Shown here: positions 32,101 through 41,078 of the stretch, one piece after another
Layout: the number at the start of each line of letters is the position of its first letter
Position numbering within the stretch: the first letter of the stretch is position 1
Notes under the pieces: generated by a model
The model's input: only the letters and a program-made list of their open reading frames with translations
Database searches by the model: none
What the model was told of the DNA's origin: nothing
Assembly: GCA_965223425.1 (NCBI GenBank)
Contig: OZ245003.1
Span: 2,080,001 to 2,144,000, forward strand
DNA from: Nitrosopumilus sp.
GTDB taxonomy: Archaea > Thermoproteota > Nitrososphaeria > Nitrososphaerales > Nitrosopumilaceae
Direction of reading: 5' to 3'
Length of the DNA stretch: 64,000 nucleotides
Program-made: the position numbers and the translations under genes

Positions 32101-35100
32101 GGTGATCACGGGGGCTGTGGTGTCGACTACGTGGTAGGTTCTGCTCTTTTGCATGGCAGGGTTTGTGCCGTCAGTGGAGTTGTAGCCGATGACGTAATCG
32201 CCCACGACATTAGTGTCGACCGTGCCAGTGGTGGTGACTGCAGAACCGTCGTCAGTTGTGACGCCATCAAGGAGGTCAGGCGAGTCAGCACCAAGCTCCA
32301 GCGTTATCTCGTCTGGAATCACGGTGATCACGGGGGCTGTGGTGTCGACTACGTGGTAGGTTCTGCTCTTTTGCATGGCAGGGTTTGTGCCGTCAGTGGA
32401 GTCGTAACGTATGATATATTCACCTACGGTGCCGGTGTCGACCGTGCCAGTGGTGGTGACTGCAGAATTATCGTCAGTTGTGACGCCATCAAGGAGGTCA
32501 GGCGAGTCAGCACCAAGCTCCAGCGTTATCTCGTCTGGAATCACGGTGATCACGGGGGCTGTGGTGTCGACTACGTGGTAGGTTCTGCTCTTTTGCATGG
32601 CAGGGTTTGTGCCGTCAGTGGAGTTGTAGCCGATGACGTAATCGCCCACGACATTAGTGTCGACCGTGCCAGTGGTGGTGACTGCAGAACCGTCGTCAGT
32701 TGTGACGCCATCAAGGAGGTCAGGCGAGTCAGCACCAAGCTCCAGCGTTATCTCGTCTGGAATCACGGTGATCACGGGGGCTGTGGTGTCGACTACGTGG
32801 TAGGTTCTGCTCTTTTGCATGGCAGGGTTTGTGCCGTCAGTGGAGTCGTAACGTATGATATATTCACCTACGGTGCCGGTGTCGACCGTGCCAGTGGTGG
32901 TGACTGCAGAATTATCGTCAGTTGTGACGCCATCAAGGAGGTCAGGCGAGTCAGCACCAAGCTCCAGCGTTATCTCGTCTGGAATCACGGTGATCACGGG
33001 GGCTGTGGTGTCGACTACGTGGTAGGTTCTGCTCTTTTGCATGGCAGGGTTTGTGCCGTCAGTGGAGTTGTAGCCGATGACGTAATCGCCCACGACATTA
33101 GTGTCGACCGTGCCAGTGGTGGTGACTGCAGAACCGTCGTCAGTTGTGACGCCATCAAGGAGGTCAGGCGAGTCAGCACCAAGCTCCAGCGTTATCTCGT
33201 CTGGAATCACGGTGATCACGGGGGCTGTGGTGTCGACTACGTGGTAGGTTCTGCTCTTTTGCATGGCAGGGTTTGTGCCGTCAGTGGAGTTGTAGCCGAT
33301 GACGTAATCGCCCACGACATTAGTGTCGACCGTGCCAGTGGTGGTGACTGCAGAATTATCGTCAGTTGTGACGCCATCAAGGAGGTCAGGCGAGTCAGCA
33401 CCAAGCTCCAGCGTTATCTCGTCTGGAATCACGGTGATCACGGGGGCTGTGGTGTCGACTACGTGGTAGGTTCTGCTCTTTTGCATGGCAGGGTTTGTGC
33501 CGTCAGTGGAGTTGTAGCCGATGACGTAATCGCCCACGACATTAGTGTCGACCGTGCCAGTGGTGGTGACTGCAGAACCGTCGTCAGTTGTGACGCCATC
33601 AAGGAGGTCAGGCGAGTCAGCACCAAGCTCCAGCGTTATCTCGTCTGGAATCACGGTGATCACGGGGGCTGTGGTGTCGACTACGTGGTAGGTTCTGCTC
33701 TTTTGCATGGCAGGGTTTGTGCCGTCAGTGGAGTCGTAACGTATGATATATTCACCTACGGTGCCGGTGTCGACCGTGCCAGTGGTGGTGACTGCAGAAT
33801 TATCGTCAGTTGTGACGCCATCAAGGAGGTCAGGCGAGTCAGCACCAAGCTCCAGCGTTATCTCGTCTGGAATCACGGTGATCACGGGGGCTGTGGTGTC
33901 GACTACGTGGTAGGTTCTGCTCTTTTGCATGGCAGGGTTTGTGCCGTCAGTGGAGTTGTAGCCGATGACGTAATCGCCCACGACATTAGTGTCGACCGTG
34001 CCAGTGGTGGTGACTGCAGAATTATCGTCAGTTGTGACGCCATCAAGGAGGTCAGGCGAGTCAGCACCAAGCTCCAGCGTTATCTCGTCTGGAATCACGG
34101 TGATCACGGGGGCTGTGGTGTCGACTTGTAGATCAAAAAAATCCAAATCAATTATCTGGACGCCGTGATCACCAAAACTAGTAACAAGGGCGTACGTGCT
34201 GTTATCTACTATTGATGTGACAATATCACGCGGATTATTAAGAGTATCAAAGGATATTCCATTAGTGGCTCGACCGTCACGGAACGACGTGACGGGAACC
34301 GGTGTCATGGGATTGCTGATGTAGATTATCTGGACGCCGTTGTCACGAATACTTGCGACAAGGGCGTACGTGCCTGACCCTATTTTGGTAGTGGTAATGG
34401 CATATGAACCAGCAAGCGTATCAAAGGTCTTGCCACCAACCGTTTCGCCGTCAATGGCCGATGCAACCGGAACCGGCTCGCTGGGCTCGCTGATGTCGAT
34501 TATCTGGACGCCGTTGTCACTACCTTGACTTGCGACAAGGGCGTACGTGCTGTTATCTATTTTAATAGTGGTGATGTCGCGTGGAATGGTGAGTGTGTCA
34601 AAGGGCATTCCATTAGCGCCGTTTTGACCATCACGGAACGATATGACGGGAACCGGTGTCTTGGGATTGCTGATGTCGATTATCTGGACGCCGTTGTCAC
34701 TAGTACTTGTGACAAGGGCGTACGTGCCTGACCCTATTTTGGTAGTGGTAATGGCATATGGATCAGCAAGCGTATCAAAGGTCTTGCCATCAATCTCTGT
34801 GCCGTTAACAGCTGACGCAACCGGAACCGGTAAAAGAGGATTGCTGATGTCGATTATCTGGACGCCGTGATCATGAATACTTGTGACAAGGGCGTACGTG
34901 CCTGACCCTATTTTGGTAGTGGTAATGGCATATGGACTAGCAAGCGTATCAAAGGTCTTGCCACCAACCGTTTCGCCGTCAATGGCCGATGCAACCGGAA
35001 CCGGCTCGCTGGGCTCGCTGATGTCGATTATCTGAACGCCGTTGTCAATAAAACTAGTGACAAGGGCGTACGTGCTGTTATCTATTTTAATAGTGGTGAT

Positions 35101-36657
35101 GTCGCGTGGAATGGTGAGTGTGTCAAAGGGCATTCCATTAGTGGCTTTTTGACCATCACGGAACGATATGACGGGAACCGGTGTCTTGGGATTGCTGATG
35201 TCGATTATCTGGACGCCGTGATAATCAAGAATACTTGTGATAAGGGCGTACGTGTGAGAGCCGATCTTGGCGGTGGTGATGCTGTCTGAGCCGAGAAGCG
35301 TGTCATAGGGCACTCCGTCAACGACGTCACTGTTCTCAACCGATGTGGCACCAGTTTTAGTCCCGCTGATGTCGATTATCTGGACGCCGTTGTCACTACC
35401 TTGACTTGTGACAAGGGCGTACGTGCTATCATCAATAGTGGTGGTGGTGACACCCCAAGCTGTCTGAAGCCTCTCAAATGGTATTCCGCCAACTTCGTCA
35501 CCGTCAATGGCCGATGCAACCGGAACCGGCTCGCTGGGATCGCTGATGTCGATTATCTGGACGCCGTTGTCACTAGTACTTGTGACAAGGGCGTACGTGC
35601 TGCCATCTATTTTAATAGTGGTGATGCCGTATGGCTTGCTGAGTGTGGTAAAAGTCTCTTCATTAGTGGCTTTCTCGCCGTTAATGGCCGATGCAACCGG
35701 AACCGGTAAAAGAGGATTGCTGATGTCGATTATCTGGACGCCGTGATCACCAATACTTGTGACAAGGGCATACGTGTTTAACCCTATTTTGGTAGTAGTG
35801 ATGGCATATGGACGAGCAAGCGTATCAAAGGGCATTCCATTAGCGTCGTTTTGATCGTCATGTAATGATATTACAGGAACCGGCGTCTTGGGATCGCTGA
35901 TGTCGATTATCTGGACGCCGTCGTCATTGCTACTTACGACAAGGGCGTACGTGTGAGCACTGAGCTTTGTGGTCGTGATGCCACGTGGACCATCAAGCAA
36001 AAAGGTTTCTTTATTAGTGGCTGTGGTACCGTCACGTAATGATATTACAGGAACCGGCGTCTTGGGATTGCTGATGTCGATTATCTGGACATTATCACTC
36101 TCAAAACTTGTTACAAGGGCATGTATCGTGCCATCAATTTCTACGACAGCGATCTCCCGTGGACGAGACAAATCAAAGGTCTTGCCACCAACCGTTTCGC
36201 CGTCAATGGCCGATGCAACCGGAACCGGCTTGCTGGGATCGCTGATGTCGATTATCTGGACGCCGTTGTCACCGCTACTTACGACAAGGGCGTACGTGCT
36301 GCCATCTATTTTAATAGTGGTGATGCCGTATGGCTTGCTGAGTGTGTCAAAAGTTTTTCCATTAGTGGCTTTGGAACCGTTAGTGGCCGATGCAACCGGA
36401 ACCGGCTCGCTGGGATCGCTGATGTCGATTATCTGGACGCCGTTGTCATTAAAACTAGTGACAAGGGCGTATATGACATCGTCAATAACTACTACGATGA
36501 TGTTGTGTCCAGTCTCAAGCGTATCAAAGAATCCTCCATTAACTTCTTGTCCATCGTAAATTGATGCGACAGGCGACGGTAAATCGATTGTGGCGTCTGC
36601 AGAGATGACATAAAATGGAATCAAGAAAAAAACAAAAACAAGTATTAGTTTCATCAT
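26125..36657 (-). CDS. Giant (3510 aa) secreted/surface protein: 14 LVIVD-like propeller repeats, 31 DUF5011-like Ig repeats, Pro/Asn linker, C-terminal domain
   Basis: Signal peptide; 14 x YALV...GVQIIDIS.P; 31 x 74-aa DTTAPVITV...RTYHVV; 5 x PDPNLPENPNEN. Confidence 0.92.
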   Translation of the reverse strand: MMKLILVFVFFLIPFYVISADATIDLPSPVASIYDGQEVNGGFFDTLETGHNIIVVVIDDVIYALVTSFNDNGVQIIDISDPSEPVPVASATNGSKATNGKTFDTLSKPYGITTIKIDGSTYALVVSSGDNGVQIIDISDPSKPVPVASAIDGETVGGKTFDLSRPREIAVVEIDGTIHALVTSFESDNVQIIDISNPKTPVPVISLRDGTTATNKETFLLDGPRGITTTKLSAHTYALVVSSNDDGVQIIDISDPKTPVPVISLHDDQNDANGMPFDTLARPYAITTTKIGLNTYALVTSIGDHGVQIIDISNPLLPVPVASAINGEKATNEETFTTLSKPYGITTIKIDGSTYALVTSTSDNGVQIIDISDPSEPVPVASAIDGDEVGGIPFERLQTAWGVTTTTIDDSTYALVTSQGSDNGVQIIDISGTKTGATSVENSDVVDGVPYDTLLGSDSITTAKIGSHTYALITSILDYHGVQIIDISNPKTPVPVISFRDGQKATNGMPFDTLTIPRDITTIKIDNSTYALVTSFIDNGVQIIDISEPSEPVPVASAIDGETVGGKTFDTLASPYAITTTKIGSGTYALVTSIHDHGVQIIDISNPLLPVPVASAVNGTEIDGKTFDTLADPYAITTTKIGSGTYALVTSTSDNGVQIIDISNPKTPVPVISFRDGQNGANGMPFDTLTIPRDITTIKIDNSTYALVASQGSDNGVQIIDISEPSEPVPVASAIDGETVGGKTFDTLAGSYAITTTKIGSGTYALVASIRDNGVQIIYISNPMTPVPVTSFRDGRATNGISFDTLNNPRDIVTSIVDNSTYALVTSFGDHGVQIIDLDFFDLQVDTTAPVITVIPDEITLELGADSPDLLDGVTTDDNSAVTTTGTVDTNVVGDYVIGYNSTDGTNPAMQKSRTYHVVDTTAPVITVIPDEITLELGADSPDLLDGVTTDDNSAVTTTGTVDTGTVGEYIIRYDSTDGTNPAMQKSRTYHVVDTTAPVITVIPDEITLELGADSPDLLDGVTTDDGSAVTTTGTVDTNVVGDYVIGYNSTDGTNPAMQKSRTYHVVDTTAPVITVIPDEITLELGADSPDLLDGVTTDDNSAVTTTGTVDTNVVGDYVIGYNSTDGTNPAMQKSRTYHVVDTTAPVITVIPDEITLELGADSPDLLDGVTTDDGSAVTTTGTVDTNVVGDYVIGYNSTDGTNPAMQKSRTYHVVDTTAPVITVIPDEITLELGADSPDLLDGVTTDDNSAVTTTGTVDTGTVGEYIIRYDSTDGTNPAMQKSRTYHVVDTTAPVITVIPDEITLELGADSPDLLDGVTTDDGSAVTTTGTVDTNVVGDYVIGYNSTDGTNPAMQKSRTYHVVDTTAPVITVIPDEITLELGADSPDLLDGVTTDDNSAVTTTGTVDTGTVGEYIIRYDSTDGTNPAMQKSRTYHVVDTTAPVITVIPDEITLELGADSPDLLDGVTTDDGSAVTTTGTVDTNVVGDYVIGYNSTDGTNPAMQKSRTYHVVDTTAPVITVIPDEITLELGADSPDLLDGVTTDDNSAVTTTGTVDTGTVGEYIIRYDSTDGTNPAMQKSRTYHVVDTTAPVITVIPDEITLELGADSPDLLDGVTTDDGSAVTTTGTVDTNVVGDYVIGYNSTDGTNPAMQKSRTYHVVDTTAPVITVIPDEITLELGADSPDLLDGVTTDDGSAVTTTGTVDTNVVGDYVIGYNSTDGTNPAMQKSRTYHVVDTTAPVITVIPDEITLELGADSPDLLDGVTTDDNSAVTTTGTVDTGTVGEYIIRYDSTDGTNPAMQKSRTYHVVDTTAPVITVIPDEITLELGADSPDLLDGVTTDDGSAVTTTGTVDTNVVGDYVIGYNSTDGTNPAMQKSRTYHVVDTTAPVITVIPDEITLELGADSPDLLDGVTTDDNSAVTTTGTVDTGTVGEYIIRYDSTDGTNPAMQKSRTYHVVDTTAPVITVIPDEITLELGADSPDLLDGVTTDDNSAVTTTGTVDTNVVGDYVIGYNSTDGTNPAMQKSRTYHVVDTTAPVITVIPDEITLELGADSPDLLDGVTTDDNSAVTTTGTVDTNVVGDYVIGYNSTDGTNPAMQKSRTYHVVDTTAPVITVIPDEITLELGADSPDLLDGVTTDDNSAVTTTGTVDTGTVGEYIIRYDSTDGTNPAMQKSRTYHVVDTTAPVITVIPDEITLELGADSPDLLDGVTTDDNSAVTTTGTVDTNVVGDYVIGYNSTDGTNPAMQKSRTYHVVDTTAPVITVIPDEITLELGADSPDLLDGVTTDDGSAVTTTGTVDTGTVGEYIIRYDSTDGTNPAMQKSRTYHVVDTTAPVITVIPDEITLELGADSPDLLDGVTTDDNSAVTTTGTVDTNVVGDYVIGYNSTDGTNPAMQKSRTYHVVDTTAPVITVIPDEITLELGADSPDLLDGVTTDDNSAVTTTGTVDTNVVGDYVIGYNSTDGTNPAMQKSRTYHVVDTTAPVITVIPDEITLELGADSPDLLDGVTTDDNSAVTTTGTVDTGTVGEYIIRYDSTDGTNPAMQKSRTYHVVDTTAPVITVIPDEITLELGADSPDLLDGVTTDDNSAVTTTGTVDTGTVGEYIIRYDSTDGTNPAMQKSRTYHVVDTTAPVITVIPDEITLELGADSPDLLDGVTTDDGSAVTTTGTVDTGTVGEYIIRYDSTDGTNPAMQKSRTYHVVDTTAPVITVIPDEITLELGADSPDLLDGVTTDDGSAVTTTGTVDTNVVGDYVIGYNSTDGTNPAMQKSRTYHVVDTTAPVITVIPDEITLELGADSPDLLDGVTTSDNSAVTTTGTVDTNVVGDYVIGYNSTDGTNPAMQKSRTYHVVDTTAPVITVIPDEITLELGADSPDLLDGVTTSDNSAVTTTGTVDTNVVGDYVIGYNSTDGTNPAMQKSRTYHVVDTTAPVITVIPDEITLELGADSPDLLDGVTTDDNSAVTTTGTVDTNVVGDYVIGYNSTDGTNPAMQKSRTYHVVDTTAPVITVIPDEITLELGADSPDLLDGVTTDDNSAVTTTGTVDTNVVGDYVIGYNSTDGTNPAMQKSRTYHVVDTTAPVITVIPDEITLELGADSPDLLDGVTTDDGSAVTTTGTVDTNVVGDYVIGYNSTDGTNPAMQKSRTYHVVDNPPDPNLPENPNENPPDPNLPENPNENPPDPNLPENPNENPPDPNLPENPNENPSDPNLPENPNENLEDPSDDGVPVSDVPRGKSGNSDEHKTRPTFGKSWNTYAQIVSCGYSMDGICKDVLSYVVDNPLQELQTGFVHNFTLKTFAPKGMKFFSIGFGVPDVGSPLNDAEALIRVYLTRDYNTTSTYVIDSVSYQNEDMVIGQNATFAVSAVKCMPDSTLERCVQLDIAGVLFREQMHNEPFVIQAVDTKRRVTNHYMNDGITIAGDSMNPAPTVTLITKFASQSDVEPYELVRTDKINDMWIDQFGYTWTKNGFGTWYYVDGPEFIVSTACTDVENRLCDAFDRNMAEHTRLMEQLRDARYGNVHGDR
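27040..27237. repeat. 39-bp tandem repeat x5 (PPDPNLPENPNEN linker)
   Basis: Directly visible. Confidence 0.93.
27239..34125. repeat. 222-bp tandem repeat x31, identical apart from discrete dimorphic blocks
   Basis: Span/222 = 31; units read one by one. Confidence 0.96.
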
Positions 36658-36816
36658 AAATTCTTATAATTTTAAGGTGTGTGCAGACGCTTACGAGCAC
36701 TGTAATTGTCACAAAAAGTAGTCCGGTAACAGCAGATGACTGGATATGACGACGGATTTAGTAGTATACAGGTTTTATCATAATATACAAAAATGATATT
36801 CTTCTGAAATATCATA

Positions 36817-36832
36817 CCCCCCCCCCCCCCCC
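36817..36832. repeat. C16 homopolymer (G16 on the coding strand) ~160 bp upstream of the giant gene
   Basis: Directly visible; adjacent 8-bp inverted repeat ATGATATT-N7-AATATCAT at 36793-36815. Confidence 0.9.
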
Positions 36833-37347
36833 GCCGAAACAGGGTTAGAGGGGCGGTGGTGGCAGAACTGTAAAACTTTACCAAAATTATCTGTACGCAC
36901 AGGATAATTGGCTGGTTTGTAGACCATTATATCTGCAAACAGATTTTCTTTGTCATACATTACAAACAATGTGTGTAATGAACAACAGTTATTAAAAATC
37001 ATTCTATGAAATATTATGTAATTGTATAGTTTTTTGAAGATATTTTGGATGTTTGTTTAAACCTTTTCCTTTCTATTGTACGGAAATTAGTTTCACCCAA
37101 GATAAAGCATGCAATGAAGGATTGCCTGACGCTATACTGATCACATCACATGGCAAGAAAAAGGCTCACAGGCAGGACGACAAGAGGCATTGTTAACAAC
37201 AGAGGATCTTTTGCCAGATGACATGCTCAATTTGGCATCTCGGATCCTCAAGTCAACAGTACCATGTAGGTATTCAAAGATGGGACTGATTATTCATCCG
37301 CAAGTCTTGAACATTACGTTTAATTTCAAATTAAAGTACTCCAAAAC

Positions 37348-37695
37348 GTGCTTGATTATTCATTAAATATAGCTGGAAGCGAATGGATGATTATTATTTT
37401 TGTTGCGCTAGTATTGATTTTAGGAACAGGAAAGCTGCCAGGTGCTGCAAGAAAGATTGGAAGAGCTGTAAATGAATACAACAAGGCAAAAAATGAAATT
37501 CAAGATCAAGTAAAAGAGGCAACAGAAGAATCACCAAGAATTTCAGGTCCTGTAGAAACCGAACGAAAAAAATTAGAAACAATTGCCAAGTCAATAGGGG
37601 TGAAAACTGAAGGCAAAACAGACGATGAGCTTCGAGAAATCATATCTGGGAAAATAGGTAAGAAAAGAACAAACGAGTCAGAAAAGAATCAATAA
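37348..37695 (+). CDS. tatA: Twin-arginine translocase TatA/E family subunit
   Basis: GSEWMIIIFVALVLILGTGKLPGAARKIGRAVNEY. Confidence 0.85.
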   Translation: MLDYSLNIAGSEWMIIIFVALVLILGTGKLPGAARKIGRAVNEYNKAKNEIQDQVKEATEESPRISGPVETERKKLETIAKSIGVKTEGKTDDELREIISGKIGKKRTNESEKNQ

Positions 37696-37696
37696 A

Positions 37697-38485
37697 TTAT
37701 TTTGATTTCCTGATTCGGTACATGTTTTTATCAAGCCGTTTTTTGGCGAATTTATAATATTCCGGAACAATTTCAAACCCGAGAAACTTTCTACCAAGGG
37801 ATTTACTCACTACTGCTACTTGCCCCGAACCAAGAAAGGGATCAAGTACAATGTCTTTTTTTTCACTAGAGTATTCTAATAACTTTTCAATTAGCTCAGA
37901 AGGGAGTTTCGTTGGAGTTTTTTCATCTCCCGCCCAGTACTCCCTTTTGATATTCCATACATCTTCTTTGTCCTTGTAATGAAGACTTCTTCCATCCTTG
38001 GTCTTTTCATCCTTTTTGAATCGGGAAAACGAAAAGAACTTCCGTTTCTTGTCATTTTTACAGACGTAAATACAATGATAATGAGAAGTGACAAATTTCT
38101 TTTTTGTGACAACGCCAAACTGGTATTTCCAAATTATATGGTTAATAGTGACAAATCCAACATCGTCTAGCGCTCGTAGGATGTCTTTGAGGTTATTCCA
38201 TCCTGAAAAAACATACATGCTTCCTGAATCCTTTAGAATTGGAAAAACTTTACTCATCCATGCAAACGTAAAATCATAGTAATCCTCAGGCTTGATTTCA
38301 TTGTATCCAGGTAACACCCTAGATGGAGTTCGATTATAATTTGCCTTTTTTGCCTTGAAATTGATTGCAAATGGGGGATCAGTAATTACAAGATCAATTT
38401 TATTTTTAGGAATTGAGCTCATTCCTTCAATGCAGTTTAGATTATAAATTTCGTTGACATTGATTTGTTTCATTTTTAAATTCAA
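37697..38485 (-). CDS. Orphan N4/N6 DNA methyltransferase (beta class)
   Basis: ITDPPF catalytic motif precedes VLDPFLGSG SAM-binding motif. Confidence 0.9.
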   Translation of the reverse strand: MNLKMKQINVNEIYNLNCIEGMSSIPKNKIDLVITDPPFAINFKAKKANYNRTPSRVLPGYNEIKPEDYYDFTFAWMSKVFPILKDSGSMYVFSGWNNLKDILRALDDVGFVTINHIIWKYQFGVVTKKKFVTSHYHCIYVCKNDKKRKFFSFSRFKKDEKTKDGRSLHYKDKEDVWNIKREYWAGDEKTPTKLPSELIEKLLEYSSEKKDIVLDPFLGSGQVAVVSKSLGRKFLGFEIVPEYYKFAKKRLDKNMYRIRKSK

Positions 38486-38567
38486 GACTGTTTCCTAGCA
38501 TAATAATGTCATGGATCAGAGTAATTATTAAACAATAAATCACCAGCCATGTCTTACCAGATAGATC

Positions 38568-41078
38568 TTGAAATTTTCATGTCCAAAATGCAAGTCAAAG
38601 ATAGAAATTCAAAAGACATTCAACAAAAAGATGCATGTCTCTTGCGGGAAATGCGGTATTGAGGATCTATTGGAATTTTCAAAAAACATTGACGAGGTAT
38701 TCCTTGAATTTCTTTCAAGATTTGATCAAGGCCTGGTTACAGAAAGAGGGCTATCAGAAGGCCTAAAAGACGAGGGGATTGTCAGGGGAGAAAATGAGAT
38801 AAAACAAATGATTGGTAGCAACAAGCCAGATAAAATCACAGAAGAAATCTTGTTTTCAAAAAAAGACTATGTTTCACAGTACAAGGTTTTGAGCAATCCC
38901 GAGCCCAAAATTGGATGCAAAGTAGAAGATTTAGGACTGGATGAATCAATCATAGAACATCTCAGGGAATTAAAGATTGAACAGTTTTACAAATTTCAAG
39001 AAGAGTCAATCCAAGAGATTACGTTTGGGGAAAACGTTGTAATTGAAGCGCCAACTGCGTCTGGAAAAACAGAAGCGTTTTTGATTCCAGTAATCCAGAG
39101 AATAAAAAAGGAGGCAAACGATGGAAACGTCTTTGCAATTTTTGTGTATCCAACAAAAGCACTGTCACGAGATCAATATCCAAAAATTCAGAAATTTGCA
39201 GAAAAGATCGGAGTAAATGTCAAAGTGTTTGACGGGGATACAAAACTGGCAGAAAGAAGAGAGATAGTTGGGAGACCTCCACATATCCTAGTTACAAATT
39301 TTGATATTTTGCATTACCATATGTGGCATCAAACAAAATTTTCATCGTTATTAACATCGACTAAAATCCTAGTGACTGACGAGGCTCACGTGTATTCAGG
39401 AATTTTTGGCTCCAATGTGCACTATATCGTAAAAAGACTCAAGAGAGTTTGTACCAATAAGTTACAATTTGTAGCAGCGTCGGCCACATTAGATGACTCA
39501 AAAGAATTCTGTCAGAAACTGTTTGGAGAAAAAATGCAGAGGATTCAAGGATCTGGCAAAAAAGGTCAGACGGATTTTGCAATGCTGTTTCCATCACTTC
39601 GAACACAGAGGGCTCTGATGGTGGAATTAACAAAAAAACTAACTCAAAAAAATCACAAGACGATGGTGTTTAACAACTCGCATCTGAATTCTGAACTGCT
39701 GGCAATGCAGGCAAAAAAACAAAAAGTTGGCATCAAGGTTCACAGGGCAGGACTAATGGCAAACTACAGAACATCAGTGGAGAGGCAATTCAAAGAGGAC
39801 AATTTGCAGGCAATCTCATGTACTCCCACGCTTGAATTAGGCATAGATGTAGGCAATGTTGACTGTGTCATATCATCTACCATTCCAGTAAACAGACTGA
39901 TTCAAAGAATCGGAAGGGCTGCAAGAAAGGGACAAAGGGGATACGCATTTCTGGCATTAGGAAACGACCCAATCTCTCAGTATTACAAGAATCATCCTGA
40001 TGACTATTTTGAGGACGTTGAAAAAACATACATCGATCCCAAGAATCCGTTCGTGGAAGAGTTTCAGGTTTTGGCAATGGCATGCGACAGGCCAATTTCA
40101 AAACACGAATTAAGAGAGCATCAAGAGGTAATTGAACAGCACATAGCCAGAGAAAATCTCAAAGAATTCAACAATCGAATAATTCCAAATTTTGATAAAA
40201 TAAACTCTATGCTAAACGATTACAGCATCAGGGGAATTGGCAAATCAATTGACATTTTCCTAAATGATAAAAAGGTGGGAGACAGAATACTGCCAATTGC
40301 ACTAGAGGAACTGCACAAAGATGCAATCTATTTTCTTGCAGGAACAAGGTACAAAGTAAAAGAGTTTGATTATCCAGACAAGCGTTTTGCCAAGATAGAG
40401 AGAATTCCAAGAGGCTATCCATACTATACAAAATCCCTCACAGAGGAATGGCCAACAATTGAGACGGTGTTTGAGAGAAGAAATGCAAACGGTGTTGAGG
40501 TTGCATTCTGTAAATTGCATATTGAGAAAAAGGTATACGGTTATGCCAATATTGAGCTAGGACAGGAAATCACACAGGGAGAAAAAGTTCTATTGGATGC
40601 TCCGCTAGAATATGATTTTGTAACAAAGGGAATTGTGTTTCATGCGCCAAGACCACTAAAAGTAATTGAAGAGTCTGAAGATGAAGATTATGCTGAAGCC
40701 AGTGGGTATCATGCAACAGAACATGTCGTAATTGAGGGCAGTAACATGATTACAGGAGGAGTGTCTCAAGACTTGGGAGGCATATCCTTGGGCACATCAG
40801 GCTTGATTTTCATCTATGACGGTGCAATCGGAGGCAGTGGAGCAAGCAAGGCTCTCTATGATAGGTTTGAAAAGGCCATCAAGCGAAGTATGTGTATTGT
40901 AAAGGAGTGTCCGTGTCAAAGTGAGTCGGGATGTCCAAGATGTACATTTTCGTATAGATGTGGAAACAATAACGAGTACCTGCACAAGTATTCAGCGTTA
41001 GAGATTCTGGAGAGAATCAACAGCGGTGAAAAGACAGAGTTAGTTGATCCTACTGAAGGAGACAAACCCCTAGTATGA
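38568..41078 (+). CDS. DEAH helicase with DUF1998 domain (Hrq1/SftH/MrfA family)
   Basis: APTASGKT, DEAH, QRIGRAAR, C-terminal CPC..GCPRC. Confidence 0.92.
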   Translation: MKFSCPKCKSKIEIQKTFNKKMHVSCGKCGIEDLLEFSKNIDEVFLEFLSRFDQGLVTERGLSEGLKDEGIVRGENEIKQMIGSNKPDKITEEILFSKKDYVSQYKVLSNPEPKIGCKVEDLGLDESIIEHLRELKIEQFYKFQEESIQEITFGENVVIEAPTASGKTEAFLIPVIQRIKKEANDGNVFAIFVYPTKALSRDQYPKIQKFAEKIGVNVKVFDGDTKLAERREIVGRPPHILVTNFDILHYHMWHQTKFSSLLTSTKILVTDEAHVYSGIFGSNVHYIVKRLKRVCTNKLQFVAASATLDDSKEFCQKLFGEKMQRIQGSGKKGQTDFAMLFPSLRTQRALMVELTKKLTQKNHKTMVFNNSHLNSELLAMQAKKQKVGIKVHRAGLMANYRTSVERQFKEDNLQAISCTPTLELGIDVGNVDCVISSTIPVNRLIQRIGRAARKGQRGYAFLALGNDPISQYYKNHPDDYFEDVEKTYIDPKNPFVEEFQVLAMACDRPISKHELREHQEVIEQHIARENLKEFNNRIIPNFDKINSMLNDYSIRGIGKSIDIFLNDKKVGDRILPIALEELHKDAIYFLAGTRYKVKEFDYPDKRFAKIERIPRGYPYYTKSLTEEWPTIETVFERRNANGVEVAFCKLHIEKKVYGYANIELGQEITQGEKVLLDAPLEYDFVTKGIVFHAPRPLKVIEESEDEDYAEASGYHATEHVVIEGSNMITGGVSQDLGGISLGTSGLIFIYDGAIGGSGASKALYDRFEKAIKRSMCIVKECPCQSESGCPRCTFSYRCGNNNEYLHKYSALEILERINSGEKTELVDPTEGDKPLV

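Noticed and set aside
27239-34125. Long regular array as CRISPR or DGR-type variable cassette
   Set aside because: Units are contiguous coding repeats with only two or three alleles; no unique spacers, cas genes or reverse transcriptase in the window
27247-34131. 2294-aa plus-strand ORF
   Set aside because: Antisense shadow: one stop-free frame in a 222-bp unit repeated 31 times; it begins and ends with the array
37697-41078. Methyltransferase plus DUF1998 helicase as a DISARM/restriction system
   Set aside because: Divergent orientation, core-like context, and no other drm genes or endonuclease nearby
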